Below are positions 46,912 to 55,720 of a stretch of DNA of 64,000 bases, piece by piece. The stretch is taken from positions 2,752,001-2,816,000 of the forward strand of contig OZ244065.1 of NCBI GenBank assembly GCA_965215505.1, in the 5' to 3' direction. The first letter of the stretch is position 1; each line of letters starts with the position of its first letter. Both the position numbers and the translations under genes were made by a program. Source of the DNA: Capsulimonadaceae bacterium (GTDB taxonomy: Bacteria > Armatimonadota > Armatimonadia > Armatimonadales > Capsulimonadaceae). The notes under the pieces were generated by a model. It saw nothing but the letters and a program-made list of their open reading frames with translations, ran no database searches and was not told where the DNA came from.

Positions 46912-47048
46912 CACGGGGCTGAACCCCCGTGCTTCAACAGAACAAATCCCCGCCTGCGCGGGCATCGGACGCGGTCATCAGACGTCCGGAATCTTCGCCC
47001 GCGAAGGCGGGGGCTTGCACTTTTACAGCACGGGGGTTCAGCCCCGTG
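46912..47048. repeat. Cruciform element with 22-bp inverted repeats (family B)
   Basis: CACGGGGCTGAACCCCCGTGCT / AGCACGGGGGTTCAGCCCCGTG. Confidence 0.85.
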
Positions 47049-47072
47049 GGTTCCTAATGGAGACTTCCCACC

Positions 47073-49106
47073 ATGCTCCCCAATACTTCACTTCCCACTG
47101 CCTCACTCCCCATCACCCGCGTCACCCTCTACACCAGCGGCGTCGGCTACTTCGAGCGCGGCGGCGAGGTCCAGGGCGACGCCAGCCTGACCCTCTACTT
47201 CCCCGTCGGCCAGGTCAACGACGTGCTCAAATCTCTCGTCCTGCTCGACGGCGGGGGCGGCGCGATCTCCCCGGTCACCTATGCCGCCCAGGACCCCGTT
47301 GCCAAAGCCTTGCAGGCATTCTCCCTGAACATCGGCGACGACCCCGACCGGGCCACCCTGCTGGGCCGGATGCGCGGCGTCGCCGTCACGCTCGCCACCG
47401 ACGGCAATGCCCCGCTGACGGGCATCATCGCGGGTGTCGAGACGCAGACTGTGTACCTGACGGACGGCGGGGGCACGACGGAGCGGCCCCTGCTGACCCT
47501 GCTGGCCGGGGACGCCCTGCACACCGTCCCCCTGGACTCGGTCCGCAGCCTCCAGATCAACGACGCTGCCCTGGCCGACGAGTTCCGCCAGGCTCTGGCC
47601 GCCGTCGCATCAGGCCGGGACGCCGGGAAGCGGCCCGTGACGCTGACCTTCAAGGGCCAAGCAGGTCAGGAATACCGCACGGTCCAGATCGGCTACTTGC
47701 TCGAGGCCCCCGCCTGGCAGACCTCCTACCGGCTGGTTTTGGGCGAGACGCCCCGCCTGCAAGGCTGGGCCTTGGTCCAGAACACGGGCCAGGACGACTG
47801 GGCGAACACCCACCTGAGCCTCGTCTCGGGCCGGCCCATCTCGTTCATCCAGGACCTCTACACCCCGCTCTATGTTCACCGCCCTACGGTCCAGCCGCGC
47901 ATCCCCGCCTCGCCCACGCCGCAGACCTACGCCAGCGACATGATGGCTCAGGAAGCATATGGCACTCTGGGTGAGCCGGTGCCGGCAGGGGCGGTCCTCG
48001 CGCCGATGATGGCGGCTGCCGCAGCCCCCCTTGGGGTCCGCGCCCGGCTGAAAGACGCCTCACGCGGCCTCATGGACGCAGACCCCGAAGAGGCGTTCGG
48101 CGGCAGCATCGCCGCCACGGGCGCGTCGCTCGGCGCATCACTGTTCGCCTACCACATTGACGTCCCCGTGTCGGTCCCGCGCCAGCAGTCCGCCATGATC
48201 CCCTTCGTCGCCGCCCCCATCGAGGCGGAGCGCGTCTCGGTCTACAACAGCCGCGTTCAGGCCGACCATCCCCTGACCGGCGTTCGCCTGAAGAACACCA
48301 CCGCCCTGCACCTGATGGGCGGGCCACTGACCGTCTTCGACGCCCAGGAGGACGGCGGCGGCGCGGCGGGCTACGTCGGCGACGCCCTCATGGACGACAC
48401 CGAGGCGGGCCAAACCCGCCTGCTGACCTACGCCATAGACCTCGCCGTGGACGCCGACGCCAAGCGGGACAGCCGGAGCGGGGCCGTGACCGAGGTACGC
48501 ATCGCCGAGGGGGCGCTGCGCGTCCGCCAGACGTATCAGCAGGTCGCCGTCTACACCTTCAAGAACAACGGGGCACAGGCACGAACGGTGGTCATAGAGT
48601 ATCCCGTCCAGCCCGAGTGGGAGCTTTTGGAACCGGCGGCCCCGACCGAGCGCACCGCCTCCCATTACCGCTTCGACCTCGCGCTGCCGGGCAAGGCGAC
48701 CGCCGCCCTGACCGTACAGACCGAGAGGCAGGCCTGGGAGTCGTTCAGCCTCCTCGACGCCCCGCTCGACCGCTTCCTGTTCTATACCAGCACCGGGGCC
48801 ACGTCCGAGCCGGTCCGCGCCGCCCTGGAGGCGGTCCAAACGCGCCGGGCCGCCGCCGCCGAACTGGAAGCGCGCCTGGCCGAACTCAAGGTGCGGCTAG
48901 ACTCCATCAGCACGGGTCAGGAGCGTATCCGCAAGAACATGGAAGCATTAGACCACAAATCCGACCTCTACCGGCGCTACGTCGGCGAACTGGACAAGCA
49001 GGAGACGCAGATCAGCGCGGAGACAGCGGAGAGGGCCGCCCGGCAGGAGGAGCTGACGGCGGCCCGCGCCGACCTGCGGCGGTATCTGGCGGGGCTGAAC
49101 TTGTAG
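47073..49106 (+). CDS. DUF4139-type domain protein
   Basis: LPITRVTLYTSGVGYFER, NDVLKSL, WQTSYRL, DDW..LSLVSGRP, C-terminal coiled coil. Confidence 0.8.
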   Translation: MLPNTSLPTASLPITRVTLYTSGVGYFERGGEVQGDASLTLYFPVGQVNDVLKSLVLLDGGGGAISPVTYAAQDPVAKALQAFSLNIGDDPDRATLLGRMRGVAVTLATDGNAPLTGIIAGVETQTVYLTDGGGTTERPLLTLLAGDALHTVPLDSVRSLQINDAALADEFRQALAAVASGRDAGKRPVTLTFKGQAGQEYRTVQIGYLLEAPAWQTSYRLVLGETPRLQGWALVQNTGQDDWANTHLSLVSGRPISFIQDLYTPLYVHRPTVQPRIPASPTPQTYASDMMAQEAYGTLGEPVPAGAVLAPMMAAAAAPLGVRARLKDASRGLMDADPEEAFGGSIAATGASLGASLFAYHIDVPVSVPRQQSAMIPFVAAPIEAERVSVYNSRVQADHPLTGVRLKNTTALHLMGGPLTVFDAQEDGGGAAGYVGDALMDDTEAGQTRLLTYAIDLAVDADAKRDSRSGAVTEVRIAEGALRVRQTYQQVAVYTFKNNGAQARTVVIEYPVQPEWELLEPAAPTERTASHYRFDLALPGKATAALTVQTERQAWESFSLLDAPLDRFLFYTSTGATSEPVRAALEAVQTRRAAAAELEARLAELKVRLDSISTGQERIRKNMEALDHKSDLYRRYVGELDKQETQISAETAERAARQEELTAARADLRRYLAGLNL

Positions 49107-49285
49107 GGACGCCGCTTGCCGCGCCCTCTTTCGGGGCAACTGCATACAGAGGGCAACCACGGGGGGTTGCCCCTACCGGGGCCGAATTGCGTAGGGGCAG
49201 GCCCCCGTGCCTGCCCTTCATCCTCACTCTTCACCCCTCTCCCGCTTGCGGGGGCAGGGGTCGGCGTCCGCGCCGGGGGTGGGGG
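49102..49285. repeat. Cluster of three GTAG REP-like units plus a family C unit
   Basis: Units at 49102-49128 (supplies the TAG stop), 49149-49176, 49190-49218, 49222-49285. Confidence 0.8.
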
Positions 49286-49337
49286 TCATCTCTCCCCCGG
49301 TAGACAAACCGCCGCCCGTTCGGTACAATAGGGCCAC

Positions 49338-49949
49338 ATGACACCGCAGGGCCACACAACACGCGCGCGCCAGGCCAGCCTTACCCGACGCACGTCGGAG
49401 ACCGACATCGCGCTGGCCGTCTCGCTCGACGGCGACGGCGCAAGCGAAATCGTCACCGGCGTCGGCTTCTTCGACCACATGCTCACCCATGTCGCCCGCC
49501 ACGGGCTGCTGCACCTCACCGTCAAGGCGGCCGGCGACCTGCACATTGACGACCACCACACCGTCGAGGACGTGGGCATCGCTTTGGGCCAGGTCTTGCG
49601 CGAGGCCGTCGGCGACAAGGCCGGCATCGCCCGCTACGGGCAGGCCCTCGTGCCCATGGACGAGGCCCTGGTGTCCTGCGCGCTGGACTGGAGCGGGCGC
49701 GGCCTGCTGGTCCATGACTTCGCCTTCACCGCGCCCAAGATCGGCACGTTCGACACCGAGCTTGTCGCCGAGTTCTTCCGGGCCGTCGCCGCCAATGCCG
49801 GCCTGACGCTGCACTTCGAGCAGAGGCGCGGGGCCAACGCCCACCACATCGCCGAGGCGGCCTTCAAAGCCTTCGGGCGCGCGCTGGACATGGCGAAGCG
49901 TCGCGACGAGCGCGTCTCGGGCATCCCCAGCACGAAGGGGACGTTGTAA
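49338..49949 (+). CDS. hisB: Imidazoleglycerol-phosphate dehydratase (monofunctional)
   Basis: RRTSETDI, FFDHML, GDLHIDDHHTVED, PMDEAL, NAHHIAEA, PSTKG. Confidence 0.97.
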   Translation: MTPQGHTTRARQASLTRRTSETDIALAVSLDGDGASEIVTGVGFFDHMLTHVARHGLLHLTVKAAGDLHIDDHHTVEDVGIALGQVLREAVGDKAGIARYGQALVPMDEALVSCALDWSGRGLLVHDFAFTAPKIGTFDTELVAEFFRAVAANAGLTLHFEQRRGANAHHIAEAAFKAFGRALDMAKRRDERVSGIPSTKGTL

Positions 49950-49954
49950 ACCCG

Positions 49955-50416
49955 ATGGCGACACAAGCCGCGCCTCTCACGCTGCCGAGCGTCTTTGCCG
50001 CCGACCTGTCCTACCGCATCGGCGCGGCCCTGTTCAGCCTCGTCGGCATGATCGGCATCGGCCTGGCGGCCAGCCGCCACGAGACGCAGAACCTCATCGT
50101 CTCCGCCGTCCCGTTCGTCGTCTTCTTCGGCGCGCTGCTGCTGACCCTGACCTTCCAGCTTGAGGTGGACGAGGCGGGCCTGCATCAGCGGTCCATTTTA
50201 GGCCGCAAGGAGGCGACCTGGGAACAGGTCCGGCGGCTCGACCAGGGGCGGGCCTACTCGGTCTACGGCGAGGGCACGGGCGAATTGGTCTGGCTGTCCC
50301 TCGTCTCCACCTCCGCCCAACTTGCGGTCGCCGAGGAGGCCATCCGCCGGTGCAAGCTGCATCCCTCGGGCGCAAAGATGGAATACCCGGTTCGTCAGCA
50401 GTGGGTCCGCAAATGA
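49955..50416 (+). CDS. Hypothetical membrane protein (two TMs plus PH-like domain)
   Basis: Two hydrophobic helices then LEVDEAGL...W..V pattern. Confidence 0.65.
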   Translation: MATQAAPLTLPSVFAADLSYRIGAALFSLVGMIGIGLAASRHETQNLIVSAVPFVVFFGALLLTLTFQLEVDEAGLHQRSILGRKEATWEQVRRLDQGRAYSVYGEGTGELVWLSLVSTSAQLAVAEEAIRRCKLHPSGAKMEYPVRQQWVRK

Positions 50417-50441
50417 GACCAAGCGCATTGAGAACATCAGC

Positions 50442-51059
50442 ATGAAAGTCGCGATCATAGACTACGGCATGGGCAACCTGCGGAGCGTCGAGAAGGCGTT
50501 CCATAAGGTCGGCATGGAAGGCGCGTTCGTCACCGACGACCCCGCCGAGGTGGCGCGCGCCGACAAGGCCGTCCTGCCCGGCGACGGCGCGTTCGACTCG
50601 ACCATGCACTCCCTGCGCCGGTCGGGCGTGGATCGGACGGTATTAGAATTCATCGCCTCGGGCCGGCCGTTCCTCGGCATCTGCGTCGGGATGCAGGTCC
50701 TTTTGACCGGCAGCGAGGAGGGCGAGCCGGGCGTCCGGGGGCTGGACGCGGTGCCGGGTCGCGTCCGGCGCTTCCCCGGCGGCGAGGGCCTGAAGGTCCC
50801 GCAGATCGGCTGGAACGACATCGCCTTCACCCCTGACTCGCCCCTGGGCGCGGACCTGCCGGGCGACTCGCCCATGGCCTACTTCCTGCACTCTTACTAC
50901 TGCGCGCCCGACGACCCCGCCGACTGGGCGGCGACGACCGACTACGGCGTCCCCTACTGCTCCGCCCTGCACCGGGGCAACGTGTGGGCCACGCAGTTCC
51001 ACCCGGAGAAGTCCGGCCCGGTGGGCCTCGCCATCCTCCGCAACTTTTCGCGCCTGTAA
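50442..51059 (+). CDS. hisH: Imidazole glycerol phosphate synthase glutaminase subunit
   Basis: IIDYGMGNLRSV, LPGDG, LGICVGMQ, PQIGWN, QFHPEKS. Confidence 0.97.
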   Translation: MKVAIIDYGMGNLRSVEKAFHKVGMEGAFVTDDPAEVARADKAVLPGDGAFDSTMHSLRRSGVDRTVLEFIASGRPFLGICVGMQVLLTGSEEGEPGVRGLDAVPGRVRRFPGGEGLKVPQIGWNDIAFTPDSPLGADLPGDSPMAYFLHSYYCAPDDPADWAATTDYGVPYCSALHRGNVWATQFHPEKSGPVGLAILRNFSRL

Positions 51060-51110
51060 GTGTCAGAAGAGTATCAGAGAACGAGTGTCGGAAGACAAAG
51101 GAAAATAACA

Positions 51111-51446
51111 ATGGACGCAGGCATCCTCGCACTCTCCATCCCCATCGTCGCCATCGTGCTTGGAGTCGGCGGCGGCATCGTCCAGAGCGTCCTGAAGTCG
51201 CAGGAGCGGCGGATGGAGATGCGGCTCCAGGCCCAGCAGGGCCAGAGCGAAGATGTCACGCGGCAGATCGAGGCCCTGCGGGCTGAGGTCGCCCGCCTGC
51301 GCGACACCAGCACCCAGTTCGACATGAGCCTGGAACACAGCGTGGAGCGGCTGGAAGAGCGCGTCGGACGCATCGAAACTAAAGCGGCCCCCCGGCCTGC
51401 GACGGTCTCCCAGCCGGAAGAGTCGCAGCCGCTCGGGCTGCGCTGA
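51111..51446 (+). CDS. Membrane-anchored coiled-coil protein, paralogue 1
   Basis: AAGGA RBS; N-terminal TM; DTSTQFDMSL..RLEERVGRIETK. Confidence 0.75.
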   Translation: MDAGILALSIPIVAIVLGVGGGIVQSVLKSQERRMEMRLQAQQGQSEDVTRQIEALRAEVARLRDTSTQFDMSLEHSVERLEERVGRIETKAAPRPATVSQPEESQPLGLR

Positions 51447-51457
51447 GGAGGATAGCC

Positions 51458-51802
51458 ATGGAGATAGTACACGCGCTGGGCGAACTCATCGAGTTCCTCG
51501 GTTTCTTCGGCGGCATCGGGCTTGTCATCCTCGCCGGCAACAAGGCCAAAATAGATAAGATGCGAGCAGAGCGGGAGATCATGCAGCAGTCGCTCGCACC
51601 GCGCGGCGAACTCTCGTCCGCTGACGTGCAAAGCCTGAAACAGCAGATCAGCGAGATGCAGAACACCAGCCATCAGTTTGACATCTCCTTTGATGCCGCC
51701 CTGAGTCGCCTGGAAGACCGGATCAGCCGCGTCGAAACTAAAGTGGCCGCCGCGCCGCAGACGCCTCAGACCGAGGAAGTGCAGCGAGTCGGACTGCGCT
51801 AG
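51458..51802 (+). CDS. Membrane-anchored coiled-coil protein, paralogue 2
   Basis: GGAGG RBS; TM; NTSHQFDISF..RLEDRISRVETK. Confidence 0.75.
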   Translation: MEIVHALGELIEFLGFFGGIGLVILAGNKAKIDKMRAEREIMQQSLAPRGELSSADVQSLKQQISEMQNTSHQFDISFDAALSRLEDRISRVETKVAAAPQTPQTEEVQRVGLR

Positions 51803-51811
51803 GAGAAGAAT

Positions 51812-52165
51812 ATGGATAATGGCACACTCGACGCGGTCTTTATCATCCTCAGTTCCCTCGGCGGCATCGCGGGGATCATCGCGGCGTCCGGGTGGGCGCG
51901 GGCCGTGAATGTCCGGGCCGAGCGGGCGCATCAGGCCGCGTCCGCCTCAGACGCCGCCCAGGACTCCGCTATGCTGGCAGAACTGAAAGCGATGCGGCAG
52001 CAGATGGAGCAGATGCAAAGCACCAGCCATGGGTTTGACCTCTCCTTTGATGAGGCCCTGAACCGCATGGAGGGCCGCGTCGGGCGGCTGGAAACCAAGA
52101 GCGCCGCGAATACGGCTGCCCCCGCTGATGCGCCCGCCACCCTCCGCAACGGGCTGGGCCAGTGA
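51812..52165 (+). CDS. Membrane-anchored coiled-coil protein, paralogue 3
   Basis: AGGAG RBS; TM; STSHGFDLSF..RMEGRVGRLETK. Confidence 0.75.
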   Translation: MDNGTLDAVFIILSSLGGIAGIIAASGWARAVNVRAERAHQAASASDAAQDSAMLAELKAMRQQMEQMQSTSHGFDLSFDEALNRMEGRVGRLETKSAANTAAPADAPATLRNGLGQ

Positions 52166-53046
52166 CAGCGACCCTCCTCCGCTACAACGACGGCTCCCGG
52201 AACCCGCCCCGGCTGCGCGTCCAGCACTCCCTCTGGTCGCTGCAAGGGCTGCCCCTGAACGCGGCCCCCGACGCCGAATGGACGCTGGCCGAGAAGTTCG
52301 AGCGGGTCAAGGCCGCCGGCTTCGAGGCCGTCGAGTGCTGGCTGGACGAGAGCGACGAGCGTCGGCACCGGGACGCCCTGAACGCCGCCGGGCTGCGCCT
52401 GGTCTTGGGCCACCACCCGTTCACTTTAGAAGACACGCGCCGGACGGTGGAACAGGCGAAGCGGCTGAACGCCGACTTCGTGTTCGCCCAGCCCCTCCAC
52501 CCCTATGTCCCGCTCGCCGAGGCCGTCCCGTTCCTGCGCGAAGCGGTCAGCATCGCCGCCGGCCACGGGCTGCCGCTGTTCATCGAGACGCACCGCAACA
52601 ACATCCCCGAGAGTCTGAACCAGGCGCTCGCCCTGGTCGAGAGGATGCCCGAGATCACCTTCACGGGCGACCTATCGCACTTCGTCGTCATCGGCGAGTT
52701 CTACGGCTGGGCGGACGACGGGGCGGTTGACCGCATGGACCCCATCCTGCGGCGCGTCTCGCACCTGCACGGGCGCATCTCCAACGGCGAACAGGTGCAG
52801 GTGGATGTCGGCGACGGGTCCGGCGAAACCGCCCAGTTCTTCGTCCGCCTGTGGGCGCGGGCGATGTCCCACTGGCGGCAGGCGGCCGGGCCAGGCGACG
52901 TCTTCCCCTTCGCGAGTGAGCTAGGCCCCCCGCGCTACGCCATCACCCTGCCGGGCGGCGAAGAGTTCAGCGACCGCTGGGAGCAGAGCCTGGTGATGAA
53001 GCGCCTCGCCGAGCAGGCGTGGGCGCTGTCCGCAGTGCAGTCATAG
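52162..53046 (+). CDS. Sugar-phosphate isomerase/epimerase-like TIM-barrel protein
   Basis: AGFEAVE, IETHR, TGDLSH, HLHGR, ELGPP.Y; GTGA overlap. Confidence 0.8.
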   Translation: MTATLLRYNDGSRNPPRLRVQHSLWSLQGLPLNAAPDAEWTLAEKFERVKAAGFEAVECWLDESDERRHRDALNAAGLRLVLGHHPFTLEDTRRTVEQAKRLNADFVFAQPLHPYVPLAEAVPFLREAVSIAAGHGLPLFIETHRNNIPESLNQALALVERMPEITFTGDLSHFVVIGEFYGWADDGAVDRMDPILRRVSHLHGRISNGEQVQVDVGDGSGETAQFFVRLWARAMSHWRQAAGPGDVFPFASELGPPRYAITLPGGEEFSDRWEQSLVMKRLAEQAWALSAVQS

Positions 53047-53069
53047 ATCATGCGGGGGCAGCAACTAAC

Positions 53070-54356
53070 TTGCCGGTAGTATCCAGAAACAACTATTCCT
53101 ACGACCGGGAGGACCACGCCGCCGCTCACACCGACGACTACGTTTTCAACCAGCTCATCCCCTACATCGGCAACAAACGTAAGCTGCTGGGCCTGGTACA
53201 GAAAGCCCTTCACAAAGCGGGGGTCGGGCCGGACGCCACCTTCCTTGACGTTTTTGCTGGGAGCGGCGTGGTATCACGGATGGCCAAGAGGATGGGTTTC
53301 CGGGTTGTCGCAAACGATTGGGAGCCATATTCCTTCGAGATCAGCAAGTGCTGTATCCAGTGCAACGAAGCACCGGAGTTCCGTCATTTTGACGGTTACG
53401 CCAACGCTCTCACCCGGCTGAATGCGCTCCCTCCAGTTGAGGACTGGATCACCAGGCATTTATGCCCCTCCGACGATGACGCCTATGACATCCTCACGGA
53501 CCGACTGTTTTACACCCGCACCAATGGGATGATCATGGATGCGATGAGGATCGAAGTCGCACGGTGGGAGGATGCAGGCTTGATTTCGCCACTGGAAAAG
53601 GCGTGCCTGCTGACCCCCATGCTTTACCAGGCCTCCTATACCAGCAACACCAGCGGCGTGTTCAAAGGCTTCCACAACGGCTGGGGCGGGCAGACCGGGA
53701 CCGCGCTGTACCGGATACTCTCCGAGTTCCACTTGAAGCCGATGCTCTTCCATGACAATGGCAAAAACAACCCTGTCTTCAGAGTGGACAGCGCGGATCT
53801 GGCGGAGACTCTGAAAGACGCCGGAGTCAAAGCCGACGTGGCTTACCTTGACCCTCCCTACAATCAGCACCCCTACGGCAGCAACTACCATGTGCTGAAT
53901 ACCATCACCCTATGGGATAATCCTGTGCTGAGTGAAAGAATTGAAGGCAGGAACAAGGCAGCGATCCGTGAGGATTGGCGGACACAGAGGCGCAGCGCCT
54001 ACAACCATCGCAGCGCGGCGACGGCCGCCTATACTGGCCTGATGCACTCTCTGAGGGCCAGGTTTTTGCTGACAAGCTACAGCACGGATGGCATGGTTCC
54101 GTTAAGGGACCTTGTCGAAACCTGTGTCAGCAGAGGCCAGACTGACTTCGTTCTTCAAGGCTATAAGCGGTATCGCGTGAGTTCACAACGCTTCTCCCAT
54201 AAACCAGTCAACATTGAATTCATACTTACTGTGGATGCCGGCAAAGATCATCGGGGGCCGGGCATACAGGAAATATGCGACAAGATCGTTCAGGCCGAAC
54301 AGACGGCGCTTGTCCGGCATCCTGAGCCGGAGACGCCTCCCATGGAACGTAAATGA
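53070..54356 (+). CDS. N6-adenine DNA methyltransferase (D12/Dam-like alpha class); start uncertain
   Basis: YIGNK, FLDVFAGSG (motif I), YLDPPYN (motif IV), SYS; lower GC. Confidence 0.88.
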   Translation: MPVVSRNNYSYDREDHAAAHTDDYVFNQLIPYIGNKRKLLGLVQKALHKAGVGPDATFLDVFAGSGVVSRMAKRMGFRVVANDWEPYSFEISKCCIQCNEAPEFRHFDGYANALTRLNALPPVEDWITRHLCPSDDDAYDILTDRLFYTRTNGMIMDAMRIEVARWEDAGLISPLEKACLLTPMLYQASYTSNTSGVFKGFHNGWGGQTGTALYRILSEFHLKPMLFHDNGKNNPVFRVDSADLAETLKDAGVKADVAYLDPPYNQHPYGSNYHVLNTITLWDNPVLSERIEGRNKAAIREDWRTQRRSAYNHRSAATAAYTGLMHSLRARFLLTSYSTDGMVPLRDLVETCVSRGQTDFVLQGYKRYRVSSQRFSHKPVNIEFILTVDAGKDHRGPGIQEICDKIVQAEQTALVRHPEPETPPMERK

Positions 54357-55720
54357 TGAGACTCTGTCAGACATTCCTGACACTCGCCGCCCTGCTGTCC
54401 CTTGCCACAGCCGCCTGCTCCGCGTCCCAGATTACGCAGCAGGCACCGCCGGTGACGCCCGCGTGGGTGCCTCGGGCGGTCGTCTACGAGGTCAACTTCA
54501 GCGTCTTCTCCCCTACCGGAGACTTCAAGGGCGTCGAGGCGCGGCTGCCCGAGTTGCAGCGGCTGGGGGTGACGACGGTCTGGCTCATGCCCATCCACCC
54601 CGTCGGCCAGGTCAAGAGCTTCGGCAGCCCGTACTGCGTCCGCGACTATTACGGGATCAACCCCGGCCTGGGGACGGCGGAAGACTTGCACCATCTGGTC
54701 CGGGCCGTCCACGCGCGTCACATGAAGATCATCCTGGACATCGTCGCCAACCACACCGCCTGGGACAATTCTCTAATTACCAGCCACCCCGAGTTCTACA
54801 AGCACGACGCCCAGGGGAACATCGTCGCCCCCAATGCCGAATGGAAAGATGTCGCCGGCCTGGACTACCGCAGCCCCGGCCTGCGCCTCTACATGACCGG
54901 CGTCCTGTGCTACTGGCTGCGCGCCTTCGACGTGGACGGCTTCCGCTGCGACTCGGCGGGGCTGGTGCCGACCGACTTCTGGGAGGCGGCATCGGCGAAA
55001 GCCAGGAAGGTCAAGCCGGACATGCTGATGCTGGCCGAGGGCGACCAGACGGACCTCCAGAACAGCGCCTTCGACCTGGACTACGACTGGCCCCTGCTGG
55101 GCGGAATCTATGCCGTGCTGGTCAAGGGCGACCCGGCGACCCGGATTCAGACCATTCTGGAGGGGGAACACACGCGCTACCCCGCCCGCGCCCTGCACAT
55201 GCAGATCAGCGACGACCACGACGAGCAGCGGGCGACGGTCAAATACGGCTCGCGCGGTGCGCTGGCCGCCTCCGCCCTGATGCTGACTTTGGACGGCGTG
55301 CCCCTGCTCTACAACGGCATGGAGGTGGGGGACACGGGGACAAAACTCATCGTCTGGGATGGCCCGCGTCAGGCCGAGACTTTCCGCTTTTATCAGCAGC
55401 TACTAGCCCTGCGCCGCGCCCACCCGGCTTTGCGGCAGGGCGAGACGCGGTGGCTGACGAACTCCGACCCCGCCCACCTGCTGACTTATCTGCGCCGGGG
55501 CGGCGGGGAAGAGTTTTTGGTAACGATCAACGTATCCGGCCAGCCCGTCGCAGGCAGCATCAATGGCCTGGAAGCGGGCGGCCCGTGGGCCGACGTCACG
55601 CCACTCGGGGGAACCGCCGGCCCCCCGGAGCGGCCTCAAAGCGCCGCACCGCCCGCGCTCTCGCTGGCCGCTTATGACTCCCATATCTTTCAGCGCCGCA
55701 GAGGCTCCCTAAAACCATGA
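54353..55720 (+). CDS. GH13 alpha-amylase family protein
   Basis: WLMPI, GSPY, LDIVANH, VDGFRCD, LAE, DDHD, GVPLLYNG. Confidence 0.92.
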   Translation: MMRLCQTFLTLAALLSLATAACSASQITQQAPPVTPAWVPRAVVYEVNFSVFSPTGDFKGVEARLPELQRLGVTTVWLMPIHPVGQVKSFGSPYCVRDYYGINPGLGTAEDLHHLVRAVHARHMKIILDIVANHTAWDNSLITSHPEFYKHDAQGNIVAPNAEWKDVAGLDYRSPGLRLYMTGVLCYWLRAFDVDGFRCDSAGLVPTDFWEAASAKARKVKPDMLMLAEGDQTDLQNSAFDLDYDWPLLGGIYAVLVKGDPATRIQTILEGEHTRYPARALHMQISDDHDEQRATVKYGSRGALAASALMLTLDGVPLLYNGMEVGDTGTKLIVWDGPRQAETFRFYQQLLALRRAHPALRQGETRWLTNSDPAHLLTYLRRGGGEEFLVTINVSGQPVAGSINGLEAGGPWADVTPLGGTAGPPERPQSAAPPALSLAAYDSHIFQRRRGSLKP

